Shown: piece by piece, positions 48,325-60,808 of the stretch
Numbering within the stretch: position 1 is the stretch's first letter
Layout: each line of letters starts with the position of its first letter
Origin: an uncultured virus (IMG/VR IMGVR_UViG_3300046007_010127)
Taxonomy: Duplodnaviria; Heunggongvirae; Uroviricota; Caudoviricetes
Length of the DNA: 63,706 nucleotides
Strand: one strand, 5' to 3'
Virus record (IMG/VR): IMGVR_UViG_3300046007_010127
Notes under the pieces: generated by a model
What the model saw: only the letters and a program-made list of their open reading frames with translations
The model's database searches: none
What the model was told of the DNA's origin: nothing
Position numbers and translations under genes: made by a program

Positions 48325-48810
48325 GTGGATATAAAAAAGTTAAAGCCTAACGGTAACTGGAAGTCTGGTAAATATATGCCAGTTAACCCCGAGAAATATA
48401 TCGGTGACATACACAATATAATATACAGAAGCTCTTGGGAAAGAAAATTCTGTCAGTATTGTGATATTAATCCTAATATAACTAAATGGAGTTCAGAACC
48501 TACAGGAATACCTTATTGGTCACCAATAGATAAAAAAGAACACAAATATTTCGTAGATTACTATATACAGGTACAAAAAGCCGATGTCGTTGAAAACTGG
48601 TTAATTGAAATAAAACCAGAGGATCAATATGCTTTACACAAGAGACCAAAAGAACCAGTAGGTAACTTAACTGAAAAGAAGATAAGAACCTATAACGAAA
48701 AACTTAAAACGTGGATCACCAACAGAGCTAAATTTGAAGCAGCAACTAGATTTGCTGAATCCAGAGGATATAAATTTGGTGCTATTAATGAAAGCTTTAT
48801 ATTGAGATGA
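48325..48810 (+). CDS. gp4: Head completion nuclease (T4 gp4-like, TnsA-type)
   Basis: NPEKYIGD, YRSSWERKF, WSSE, YFVD, IEIKP and NRAKFEAA motifs. Confidence 0.88.
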   Translation: MDIKKLKPNGNWKSGKYMPVNPEKYIGDIHNIIYRSSWERKFCQYCDINPNITKWSSEPTGIPYWSPIDKKEHKYFVDYYIQVQKADVVENWLIEIKPEDQYALHKRPKEPVGNLTEKKIRTYNEKLKTWITNRAKFEAATRFAESRGYKFGAINESFILR

Positions 48811-49403
48811 TAGATCCATTTAAAAAAAGATTTGAAGAATATAAACTTTCTATATCCGGACTTTCCTCACCACAGGAAGAATCTTTCATGTTTTGGTTTA
48901 ATAAATTCGTAAATAAAAACTCCCAATTCAATCCTCTAGATTTTTTATCAGGGAAAGTTTATTCGTTTGAATACAACGATAAACTAGAAGGAGGTAAGAA
49001 ATTTATAAATAAAAGACCTGTCGTGTTTTTTACAGGATACGACAACTATGAGAGAAAAAATATATTTAGCGGATTAGATCTAATACTAATACCACCTATT
49101 TTCAGAATGTATTTTTTTGAAAGAGTACAAAGCGTTTTCCAAGATCAGATTGAAAGAAATATAAGAAAAGATGAAAATGGGGAGGGAAGAGATCAATCTC
49201 CTTTAAAAACTGATTATCAAATAATGGAGTCCATATTAAAAGGAATCCCATATAAGCACTCATATAGATCTTGGGATTTAAAAAAAGTTAGGGGCGTTGT
49301 GGAAATTCCTTTTGAAGATTGGACTAGAATAGTATATCTTGATACTAGGTCAATTGAAGGGACCCAGCTTATTGAGATATATAATAAAAATTCACAAGTC
49401 TAA
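48807..49403 (+). CDS. DNA end protector (T4 gp2-like)
   Basis: GKVYSFEY, PVVF, GLDLILIPPIFR; next to gp4. Confidence 0.55.
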   Translation: MIDPFKKRFEEYKLSISGLSSPQEESFMFWFNKFVNKNSQFNPLDFLSGKVYSFEYNDKLEGGKKFINKRPVVFFTGYDNYERKNIFSGLDLILIPPIFRMYFFERVQSVFQDQIERNIRKDENGEGRDQSPLKTDYQIMESILKGIPYKHSYRSWDLKKVRGVVEIPFEDWTRIVYLDTRSIEGTQLIEIYNKNSQV

Positions 49404-51022
49404 TGGCTGGATTGACCGACGAAAAAAAATCTTTTTTTAGCTCTATTATAGAGAACATAAAGAAAGTGGGCAGTTTTGGAATGGCATACGAAGATCTTGT
49501 CGTGAAAAACTCCCAGGCAGTTGGTATTACTGAAGCACAATTTCTACAAAAAGGAGGCATAAAAGACGAAGCTTTCTTATTTGGATTAAGGAGAGCAGAT
49601 ACAACAACCAAGCAATACATAGCTTATTTTGATAAGGACTATAAAAACAAAAGACATTATCTTCAAGGATTTGCACAAAATCCCGAAATAGAGTTTATCT
49701 TAGATACTATATGTGACGAAACAATAGTTTACGACGAAAAGAATTTCTGGGCTTATTTCTCATTCATGCAACACGATGATGTAGATGAGGCGGCATATGA
49801 GAAAGTACAGAAAAGATACAAAGAGGTCTATAACCTGTTCGGATTTAATCAGGATATATCAGCATGGCATTTATTCAGAAAATTCCTAGTTGATGGTAAT
49901 ATAGCTTTTGAAATTGTATTTGATAAGAAGGGTAAAAATATAGTAGGATTTAAGGAATTAGATCCTTGGTCTTTAATTCCAACGGTAGAAGCACAACCAG
50001 ATGGGTCATTTGCAGATATCTGGATACAGTATCCGGATAATCCTGCACTTACTAGAAAGCTTTACGATTCTCAGATTATCTATATAAGTTACGCTAAAGG
50101 AGGCGGTACTGCAGCTAGAGTTAGCTATTGCGAAAGAATGATAAGATCATTTAACCTTCTTAGGATTATGGAGCACACTCGTATTATATGGAACGTTATG
50201 AACTCCTCATACAGGATGGCAATGACAGTTCCAATAGGTACTAGATCCCCGCAAAAAGCAAAACAAACGCTGGGTGAACTTATGTCAATATACAAAGAAG
50301 ATATAAGATTAGATACAGATAGTGGAGAATTAAGTGTAGACGGAAGACCTAAGATACAATTCTTTAAAAACTATCTAATGCCATCATCCCCTAATGGTAC
50401 ACCAGATATACAACCTTTACCTGGTGGTGGTGATGCTACAGCATTCTCCGACACAACAGTACTTAAGTATTTTGCTAATAAACTTAGAATGGACTCTAAG
50501 ATACCTGCTACCAGATTCGGAAGAGAAGAATCCGGATCTGAGGGTACAATTACATTTACTGCGGAGGGTCTAGACCAAGAGGAAATAAGATTTGCTAAAT
50601 TTATAAACAGATTAAGATCAATATACCAGGAGATATTAATGAAGCCTCTTTGGGTTCAGTTCTGTTTAGATTTTCCACACCTTAAAAAAGATTATATTAT
50701 TAAATCTGAATTTGGTCTCGATTATGTTAAGGAAAATATATTTAGAGAGGCTAAAGAGATGGAGGTAATGACTGCGAGAAAGGATCAGGTGATTAAAATA
50801 TCTGCTCTTATGAATTCGGCAGGCAAAAAATACTTCAGTATGGATTTCTTAGTTGATAGATTCCTAGGCATGAAAGGACAGGATCTAGTAGCTAATAAGA
50901 AAGCAAAAGAAAAAGCTGCAGAAGAGAAGAAGAAAGCAGAAGAGGCTGCTGGAGCTACAGGAGAAGCAGGAGCTACAGGGGAAGAAGGCGGAGCAGCTGG
51001 TGGAGACATGGGAGAAATTTAA
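49403..51022 (+). CDS. gp20: Portal protein (gp20-like), copy 1
   Basis: PEIEFILDTICDE, FLVDG, ELDP, NLLRIME, KIPATRF and EEIRFAKFINRLR motifs. Confidence 0.85.
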   Translation: MAGLTDEKKSFFSSIIENIKKVGSFGMAYEDLVVKNSQAVGITEAQFLQKGGIKDEAFLFGLRRADTTTKQYIAYFDKDYKNKRHYLQGFAQNPEIEFILDTICDETIVYDEKNFWAYFSFMQHDDVDEAAYEKVQKRYKEVYNLFGFNQDISAWHLFRKFLVDGNIAFEIVFDKKGKNIVGFKELDPWSLIPTVEAQPDGSFADIWIQYPDNPALTRKLYDSQIIYISYAKGGGTAARVSYCERMIRSFNLLRIMEHTRIIWNVMNSSYRMAMTVPIGTRSPQKAKQTLGELMSIYKEDIRLDTDSGELSVDGRPKIQFFKNYLMPSSPNGTPDIQPLPGGGDATAFSDTTVLKYFANKLRMDSKIPATRFGREESGSEGTITFTAEGLDQEEIRFAKFINRLRSIYQEILMKPLWVQFCLDFPHLKKDYIIKSEFGLDYVKENIFREAKEMEVMTARKDQVIKISALMNSAGKKYFSMDFLVDRFLGMKGQDLVANKKAKEKAAEEKKKAEEAAGATGEAGATGEEGGAAGGDMGEI

Positions 51023-51028
51023 TAGATA

Positions 51029-52681
51029 ATGGCAGGATTTTTAGATAACTTAGGAAAAATTAACCCAAATATCTCCAGGATATTAAAGACCATTAGTGGT
51101 CTAGGGTCATTTGGTATGGAATACAAAGATATGGTCATAGAAGATTCCATGGCTATAGGTGTTTCAGAAGCTAACATGAGAGAAAGATTCGGATTTACTG
51201 AATCTGATGAAGATTTTATCTATAGCATAGCCGCTCAGGATACTTCCAATAGAAAGTACATAGCTTATTTTGATAAGGATTACCCGTTTAAAAGAGATTT
51301 TCTTAGAACATTTGCTTTAAACTCCGAGATAGAGTATATTTTAGATACTATATGCGACGAGGCAGTAGTTTATGACGAGAAGAATTTCTTTTGTCATCCA
51401 GCTCTAATGAGCATGGATCTAAAGGACGATGTTGTAAAGTCAATGAGATCCAATTTTAGAAAATTATATGTTCTACACAACTTTGCAAACGGTCTTACTG
51501 CTTGGCAATATTTTAGACAATTAATTGTCGAAGGATTTTTAGCTTTCGAGATAATATACTCGAACGACGGTAAAGAGATCGTTGGATTCAAAGAACTTGA
51601 TGCGGTAAGTTTAACTCCCGCAGTAGAGAGAAAGCCAGACGGTACAAGAGAAACTATATGGTGGCAATATTACGGAGAAACAACCAGACAAAGAAAACTT
51701 TTAGATGCACAGGTTATTTATATCTCTTACGCTAAAGCTAATGTTGTTTCAAGGGTTTCTTATACAGAAAGATTAATAAGATCATACAACTTATTAAAGA
51801 TAATGGAGCATTCGAGAATAATATGGAATGTCATGAATGCCCAATATAGAATAAAAATGACAGTTCCTATCGGAAGTAAAGCTCCACAAAAAGCCAAAGA
51901 GACTTTAGGAGAGCTAATGTCAGTATATAAGGAGGATATAAAATTAGATACCACATCAGGTGAGCTTTCTATAAACGGTAGACCCGATATACAATTTTAT
52001 AAGAATTATCTTTTTCCTCAACAAGGAGGAGAATCAGTAAAGATAGAAACATTAAATGCTCAAGGTCCTAACCTTAATATAATGGATTCTGTTGTTTATT
52101 TCTATAATAAACTAAGACAGGATTCAAAGATACCTTACAATAGATTCTCATCTCGATTTGGTGTTGGATCTAATAACGTTTTTAAAACTGCTGCTGATGG
52201 AGCAGAAAGAGACGAAGTTAGATTTGCTAAGTTTATAACACGACTTAGATCTATATTCCAGGAAATAATAGTTAAGCCACTATGGATTCAGATGTGTCTA
52301 GAATTTCCCGAACTTAAAAATGACGCTGAATTTAGAAGCCAAATAGGAGTTAAATTCGAAAGTGATAATATGTTCGGTGAATCTAGAGAGATCGAACAGT
52401 TAATAAAGAAAATAGATTTCATAACAGCAATGGGAGAAATAAAAGAAACTGTAAAGGAGGAAGAGGTTCAATATTTCGATCAGGACTTTATGATAGAAAG
52501 ATGGCTGGATTTAAATTATGAAGATATTCAGCTTAACAAATCCTATATTAGAAAAGCCGAGGAGGAAGGTAAATCCGGAGCAACAGGAGCAACAGGAGCA
52601 ACAGGAGCAGAGGCCGGAGGAGCTGAAGCTGGAGCAGCAACAGGAGCTGAAGGCGAAGGAGCAACAGGAGCGGCAGTTTAG
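51029..52681 (+). CDS. gp20: Portal protein (gp20-like), copy 2
   Basis: Full-length paralog; RDEVRFAKFITRLR motif. Confidence 0.85.
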   Translation: MAGFLDNLGKINPNISRILKTISGLGSFGMEYKDMVIEDSMAIGVSEANMRERFGFTESDEDFIYSIAAQDTSNRKYIAYFDKDYPFKRDFLRTFALNSEIEYILDTICDEAVVYDEKNFFCHPALMSMDLKDDVVKSMRSNFRKLYVLHNFANGLTAWQYFRQLIVEGFLAFEIIYSNDGKEIVGFKELDAVSLTPAVERKPDGTRETIWWQYYGETTRQRKLLDAQVIYISYAKANVVSRVSYTERLIRSYNLLKIMEHSRIIWNVMNAQYRIKMTVPIGSKAPQKAKETLGELMSVYKEDIKLDTTSGELSINGRPDIQFYKNYLFPQQGGESVKIETLNAQGPNLNIMDSVVYFYNKLRQDSKIPYNRFSSRFGVGSNNVFKTAADGAERDEVRFAKFITRLRSIFQEIIVKPLWIQMCLEFPELKNDAEFRSQIGVKFESDNMFGESREIEQLIKKIDFITAMGEIKETVKEEEVQYFDQDFMIERWLDLNYEDIQLNKSYIRKAEEEGKSGATGATGATGAEAGGAEAGAATGAEGEGATGAAV

Positions 52682-52778
52682 GAAGAAATTTCGAAAACTT
52701 ATTATTTTTAGACGATATAACAATTAAATCCTTTTTGTTATTTAAAACGGATTTCTATATTAGCTAAAAATATTTTTC

Positions 52779-54101
52779 ATGAAAAAAGAGCTGGGAATTC
52801 TCCTACAGATAGAAAATGCTACAGGAAACGGATCTCAAAAGATCAAACAAGATTTAATAAAAGATAATTATTCCAGAGAATTAGAATATCTTCTTAAAGT
52901 AGCACTAGATCCCTTTCTGACAACCAAGCTTCACAAACTACCAGTATTAGAAGAATCTCCCTATGAATTAGATACTGATCTTTTTGAAAGATTCCAGGAT
53001 CTAACAAAAAGATTGTTTGATGCACCAGCAGCAAATGATAAGCTTAGAGAGGAAGCTTTTGAAATAGTTAATTGCTACGCTATATCTTTCGAAGAAAGAA
53101 AGATGCTTGGCAAGGTGTTAACAAAGAGACTAAATATAGGCATCGGAGCTAAGCTAATAAACAAAGCTTTTAACAAAGAGGTTATTCCAGACCCTAGTCT
53201 TATGTTAGCTCAGGACGACGAGGATGAGATTAAAAAATGGGAAACAATAGTCTGTGAAGAAAAGTACGATGGCGTTAGAGTTATTGCATACACGTCGGGT
53301 GAGGAGGTTAGATTTTATACCAGAGCATTCAACGAAATTCCTAATCATTACTTAGAGAAAATAGCGGAAGAGTGTATAATACTAATTAAAAACTCCGGGC
53401 TTAAAGGTGATTGGTTCTTCGATGGCGAGTTGACAGATCTAAATCGAAAAAGTGTATCTGGTAAAGTAACGCAGATGTTAAAGGGAAAACCTATGAATTC
53501 CATAGGTGATGATCTTATTTATAATGTATTTGATCTTGAAGATGGGGAAACTCTAAAGAATGGTAAAGGGGTAATCCCTTTTGATGTTAGAAGAAGTACC
53601 TTAGAGGGTGTTTTTATGACGTATAACACATCTTCTCTCACTCTAGCAGATTCTTTCTTAACTTCAGAAAAAGAAGACATCTACGCTTATTATAATAAGA
53701 TAGTTGCTAGAGGTGGCGAGGGTGTTATTCTTAAAAACCCGGATCACGTTTACGAATGTAAAAGATCCAAAAATTGGATAAAACTAAAAGAAGTAAACGA
53801 TTGCGATCTAATTATAACTGGGTGGTATCCAGGAGAAGGAAAAAGAGAAGGGTTAATTGGGGGCTTTTATTGCGAGGATTCAAGCGGTAAAGTAAAAGTA
53901 AAGGTTGGAGCGGGGTTTACTGATAACGATCTTAAAGAACTTAGCCAAAATCTAGATTCTCAGATAGGAAAAGTTTGTGCTATCCAATACAATGTTATTA
54001 TAAACGACAAAAATGATAATTGGTCGTTGTTTTTACCAAGATTTATAGAGATAAGAAACGATAAAGATACAGCAGATGATATGAGTCAATTTTGTAATTA
54101 A
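52779..54101 (+). CDS. ATP-dependent DNA ligase
   Basis: EEKYDGVR, FDGEL, EGVILK, WIKLK and LFLPRF motifs. Confidence 0.95.
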   Translation: MKKELGILLQIENATGNGSQKIKQDLIKDNYSRELEYLLKVALDPFLTTKLHKLPVLEESPYELDTDLFERFQDLTKRLFDAPAANDKLREEAFEIVNCYAISFEERKMLGKVLTKRLNIGIGAKLINKAFNKEVIPDPSLMLAQDDEDEIKKWETIVCEEKYDGVRVIAYTSGEEVRFYTRAFNEIPNHYLEKIAEECIILIKNSGLKGDWFFDGELTDLNRKSVSGKVTQMLKGKPMNSIGDDLIYNVFDLEDGETLKNGKGVIPFDVRRSTLEGVFMTYNTSSLTLADSFLTSEKEDIYAYYNKIVARGGEGVILKNPDHVYECKRSKNWIKLKEVNDCDLIITGWYPGEGKREGLIGGFYCEDSSGKVKVKVGAGFTDNDLKELSQNLDSQIGKVCAIQYNVIINDKNDNWSLFLPRFIEIRNDKDTADDMSQFCN

Positions 54102-54110
54102 TTAGAATTT

Positions 54111-54698
54111 ATGGAGAGAGAAAATACAAAGTTTGTAAAGTGGGAATGCAAGGAACACGGATTTACCGATTTCTATACGTACCGTAACGGAAAGAGATAC
54201 AAGTGTGTCACTTGTGCAAGAAAACAGAGCAAAAAATGGAAGGGAGAAAACCCCGAGAGGGTGATCTATACATTAAATATATGGAACAAAAATAATCAAG
54301 AAGCACTAGAAGAATATCGAAAAAAACATTTAGAGGAGTGTAGAAAAAAATCGAAAGAAAGGAGAGATAAGTTTTACGGAAGATTCGGATCCTTTATAGA
54401 TGATGTTAAATCGAAAATTGGATTAAAAAAAATATCCAGGAACATCATGGTTATTAAAGATCCCGACGAAGAAAAAATATTTAATTTTCTGATAGATCTT
54501 AAGAGAGCGGAGCTCAGAATGTATCACACATATAGAATATCATCATATGTTAAATGGGAACATCTTAAAGCTTTAAATCTTAAATCTGCAACAGAGGAGC
54601 AGAAAAAAATAATAAGGGAAGAATATAAAGCAAAAGCAAAAGAATTTGTTGACTTGGAGATCGATAAAATAATAAAAAATTATAAGCAAAATAAATGA
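54111..54698 (+). CDS. Hypothetical basic protein with N-terminal zinc-finger-like motif
   Basis: CKEHG...YKCVTC. Confidence 0.65.
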   Translation: MERENTKFVKWECKEHGFTDFYTYRNGKRYKCVTCARKQSKKWKGENPERVIYTLNIWNKNNQEALEEYRKKHLEECRKKSKERRDKFYGRFGSFIDDVKSKIGLKKISRNIMVIKDPDEEKIFNFLIDLKRAELRMYHTYRISSYVKWEHLKALNLKSATEEQKKIIREEYKAKAKEFVDLEIDKIIKNYKQNK

Positions 54699-55642
54699 TA
54701 AAGGAATTACTAACAGAAAAATTAAGACCTAGAGAATTAAAACATATGATCCTTCCACAAAGGATCAAAGCATCTTTTAATGAGGGTCTTCAGCAGAACG
54801 TTTTATTATCGGGATCTCCAGGATCTGGTAAAACTAGTATGGCAAAAATCCTAATCAAGGATCATCCCCATATTTTTATAAACGTGTCTGACGAAAGTTC
54901 TGTTGAAACTATAAGAACTAAAATACACGATTTCTGCTCAACGGTTTCTATTTTAGACGGAGAGAACAAAATAAAAATAGTGGTTCTCGATGAGTTTGAT
55001 GGAGCTTCGGATCAATTCTATAAAGCATTAAGAGGAACAATAGAGAAATACGCAAAGACAACTAGATTTATAGCTACGTGTAATTATTTAAATAAGATTC
55101 CAGATGCAATTAGATCAAGATTCCAAGTATATGACTTTGACCCAGTAGATAAAGCAGAGGAGTTAGAGATAAAATCACAATGGAATGAAAGGGTAGGAAA
55201 GATCCTAGATCTTATGGGTATAAATTACGATAGTCAGGTTTTGGAAAGTTTTACTAAAAAATACTTCCCAGACATGAGATCTGTATTAAATACCATACAG
55301 AGATGGAATGTTGATGGTGTAACTGATCTAACAGAGAAAAAAATAAACGAGATAGTTTGGAATAACGAGGAGATCTTTAATCTTATATTTACTTCCAAAG
55401 ATCCTGTTGAAAATTACAAACTAATCGTTGGACAATATTCATCCAGAGTTGATGAGGTACTCTCATCACTAGACTCCGAATTTATAAACTGGATTTCAGA
55501 AAAACACCCAGCTAGATTGGGATTAATCCCTCCTATTATAATTACTGTTGCTAAATACCAAGCTGAAAGAAATCTAGTTATAGATCCGGTTGTTAGTTTA
55601 TTAGCTTGTATATTTTCTTTACAGCAGATAGTTAATAAATGA
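54695..55642 (+). CDS. gp44: Clamp loader AAA+ subunit (T4 gp44/RFC-like)
   Basis: EKLRP, GSPGSGKTS, VLDEFD, SRF and FPDMR motifs. Confidence 0.92.
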   Translation: MIKELLTEKLRPRELKHMILPQRIKASFNEGLQQNVLLSGSPGSGKTSMAKILIKDHPHIFINVSDESSVETIRTKIHDFCSTVSILDGENKIKIVVLDEFDGASDQFYKALRGTIEKYAKTTRFIATCNYLNKIPDAIRSRFQVYDFDPVDKAEELEIKSQWNERVGKILDLMGINYDSQVLESFTKKYFPDMRSVLNTIQRWNVDGVTDLTEKKINEIVWNNEEIFNLIFTSKDPVENYKLIVGQYSSRVDEVLSSLDSEFINWISEKHPARLGLIPPIIITVAKYQAERNLVIDPVVSLLACIFSLQQIVNK

Positions 55643-55710
55643 TCAGTATACTAGGCATTATTAGAGGAAATGGATAATAATGAGTAGTATACTATACAAA
55701 AAATAAAATA

Positions 55711-56178
55711 ATGAGTAAAATAATAATAGTAGGACCTGGAGGGTCAGGGAAAGATTTTTTAAGAAAAAAAATGGTATCAAGAGGTCTTTCCTATGGTGTA
55801 TCATTTACTAGCAGACCGCCGAGAGTTGGAGAAATAGAGGGCACGGATTATTATTTTAGAGATCCAGATTTTTTTGAAGCTAATTCTGATCTTTTTCTAG
55901 AACTCCAGGAATTTAACGAATGGAAGTACGGGATATCAAAAGAAGAATTTAGAGAAAAAGATCTTTTTATACTTAGTCCCGCTGGTTTAAGAAGCTTACC
56001 AGAGCATTTGAGAAAAAATTCTTTCGTTATATACCTTAACCCAGATGAATCAACTAGAATAAAAAGATTAGAGGAGAGAAACGATGCGGATAGTGTTGGT
56101 AGAAGATTAATTGCGGATCGTAGGGATTTTTCTGGTTTTTTTGACTATGATATAATGATAACTAACGAAGATTTTTAA
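55711..56178 (+). CDS. Guanylate kinase-like protein
   Basis: GPGGSGK, TSRPPRVGEIEGTDYYF and WKYG motifs. Confidence 0.85.
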   Translation: MSKIIIVGPGGSGKDFLRKKMVSRGLSYGVSFTSRPPRVGEIEGTDYYFRDPDFFEANSDLFLELQEFNEWKYGISKEEFREKDLFILSPAGLRSLPEHLRKNSFVIYLNPDESTRIKRLEERNDADSVGRRLIADRRDFSGFFDYDIMITNEDF

Positions 56179-57308
56179 TGACAACAGTTTGTATAGACGG
56201 AAACTATATCTTCCATAAGACGTTCGGAATATTCTCCGGGTTTGGCTCAAAAAGCCCGGGAGATGTTTTATCATCGGAGGCGGAAAGAAATATGTTTATA
56301 AGAAAAGTAATAACGGATCTCTGTTATTCCTTAAAGCAGATACCTGATATTAAACAGGTTATATTTTGTAAAGATTCAAGATCGTGGAGAAAAGACTATA
56401 AAATAACACGAAGTGTTTACAAGGAGAGTAGAATTAAAGGGGAAGGTGTAGACTGGGGATCGTTTTTTAAATTAATGGATGAATTCTCTGAATATCTTGA
56501 AGAGAATGGATTTATTTATAGCTCGTATCAAGGAGCGGAAGGTGATGACCTTATATGGGCATGGTGTGAGCATTTATCGAACAAAGGCGAATCTGTTATT
56601 GTAATAAGTGGCGATAAGGATATGCACCAGCTTGTTAGATATGATGATCAATCGTGGGTTGGTATATGGAATAGCAATTCGAAAAATAATAAGCTAATAG
56701 TTTCTGAAAATTGGAGAGAAGAGACCGAGACTGAAACTACTATATTTGATGTTAATCCTATTTCCGGATCTAATTCATCAAAGATGGAAAAACTACTTTC
56801 CGCTTGCTCTTTAGAGAGAATTGATACTAAGGAATATATTTTCAAAAAAATCCTAATGGGTGACAAAAAGGATGATGTTCCTGGCGTTTTTCCATACCAA
56901 ACCAAGAATGGTAAAAATTCTAATATAGCGGAGGGAAAGGCGAATAAAATATGGGAGCTATATCTAGAATCCGAATGGAAATCTTTCGATATGGAATATC
57001 TTTGGGATAACGATGATTTCTTAGGATGGATCGCTGGACTTTCACTAAGACTAGTGTCACAAACAGATAACAACGAAAACAGGGAGAGATTTAAAAAATT
57101 CTATGAAGAAAATGCTAGATTGGTTTGGCTAAATTCAAGAACTCTTCCTAGAAATATGGTTGAGGGATTAAGAAACCATATAGACGAAGTCTCGTTAAAA
57201 GAAAGAGTACCTCTAACAATAGAAAAGAAAGAAATAATAGAAAGATCACCTTGGGCTAAAGATACTACTCCTCCTAAAGGATTTGATCCATTTGAACTTT
57301 TTAATTGA
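56178..57308 (+). CDS. rnh: 5'-3' exonuclease / RNase H (T4 Rnh, FEN-like)
   Basis: IDGN, SWRK, YKESR, EGDD, SGDKDMHQL and GDKKDDVP motifs. Confidence 0.88.
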   Translation: MTTVCIDGNYIFHKTFGIFSGFGSKSPGDVLSSEAERNMFIRKVITDLCYSLKQIPDIKQVIFCKDSRSWRKDYKITRSVYKESRIKGEGVDWGSFFKLMDEFSEYLEENGFIYSSYQGAEGDDLIWAWCEHLSNKGESVIVISGDKDMHQLVRYDDQSWVGIWNSNSKNNKLIVSENWREETETETTIFDVNPISGSNSSKMEKLLSACSLERIDTKEYIFKKILMGDKKDDVPGVFPYQTKNGKNSNIAEGKANKIWELYLESEWKSFDMEYLWDNDDFLGWIAGLSLRLVSQTDNNENRERFKKFYEENARLVWLNSRTLPRNMVEGLRNHIDEVSLKERVPLTIEKKEIIERSPWAKDTTPPKGFDPFELFN

Positions 57309-57709
57309 TGAATAATCCGTTTGATATAATAAAATCCTTTCACACTAAAGACTGGAATAAAGTATCTGAGAGGGATAAGGCTAGAAATCTTTTTATGATT
57401 AATAGGATATGTTCTATAGCTTATCCGCTTCAAGCTAATTCTTTTAACCACATAAAAATAAATCCAGAGAATGTGGTTAATTTTTGGAAGATATTAGTTA
57501 CACACCAACATAAAAAAACTCCATCATGGATATTTACAAAAACACTCAAAGGTGATAAGATAAAGGAGAAAAAAGAATATAAAGAAGAGGTTATATCCTT
57601 TATCAAAGAAAAGTATCAGATATCCAATAGAGAAATACGGGAACTCCAAGAATTTTATCCCTCCAAATTCAATACCTTTTACAAAGAGATCGAAACACTG
57701 ATTAGTTAG
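57305..57709 (+). CDS. Hypothetical protein, possibly clamp loader small subunit (gp62-like)
   Basis: FMINR motif, size and replication context. Confidence 0.45.
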   Translation: MMNNPFDIIKSFHTKDWNKVSERDKARNLFMINRICSIAYPLQANSFNHIKINPENVVNFWKILVTHQHKKTPSWIFTKTLKGDKIKEKKEYKEEVISFIKEKYQISNREIRELQEFYPSKFNTFYKEIETLIS

Positions 57710-57756
57710 ATTGATATTTAAGTTCCGGATATATATTGTAAACATAATATTCCGGG

Positions 57757-60750
<2,994 letters not shown>

Positions 60751-60808
60751 TATTAGAGATAAGGAAATTTTTAAGGGATAAATACTAATAAAAAAAGAAC
60801 AAAATTAG

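Noticed and set aside
48325..48810. TnsA-like protein as a Tn7 transposon
   Set aside because: Context (gp55, gp2-like, portal) and motifs identify it as the gp4 head completion nuclease; there are no tnsB/tnsC genes or transposon ends.
19198..54101. Inteins or group I introns in recombinase, helicase, terminase or ligase
   Set aside because: The proteins are of normal length with contiguous motifs.
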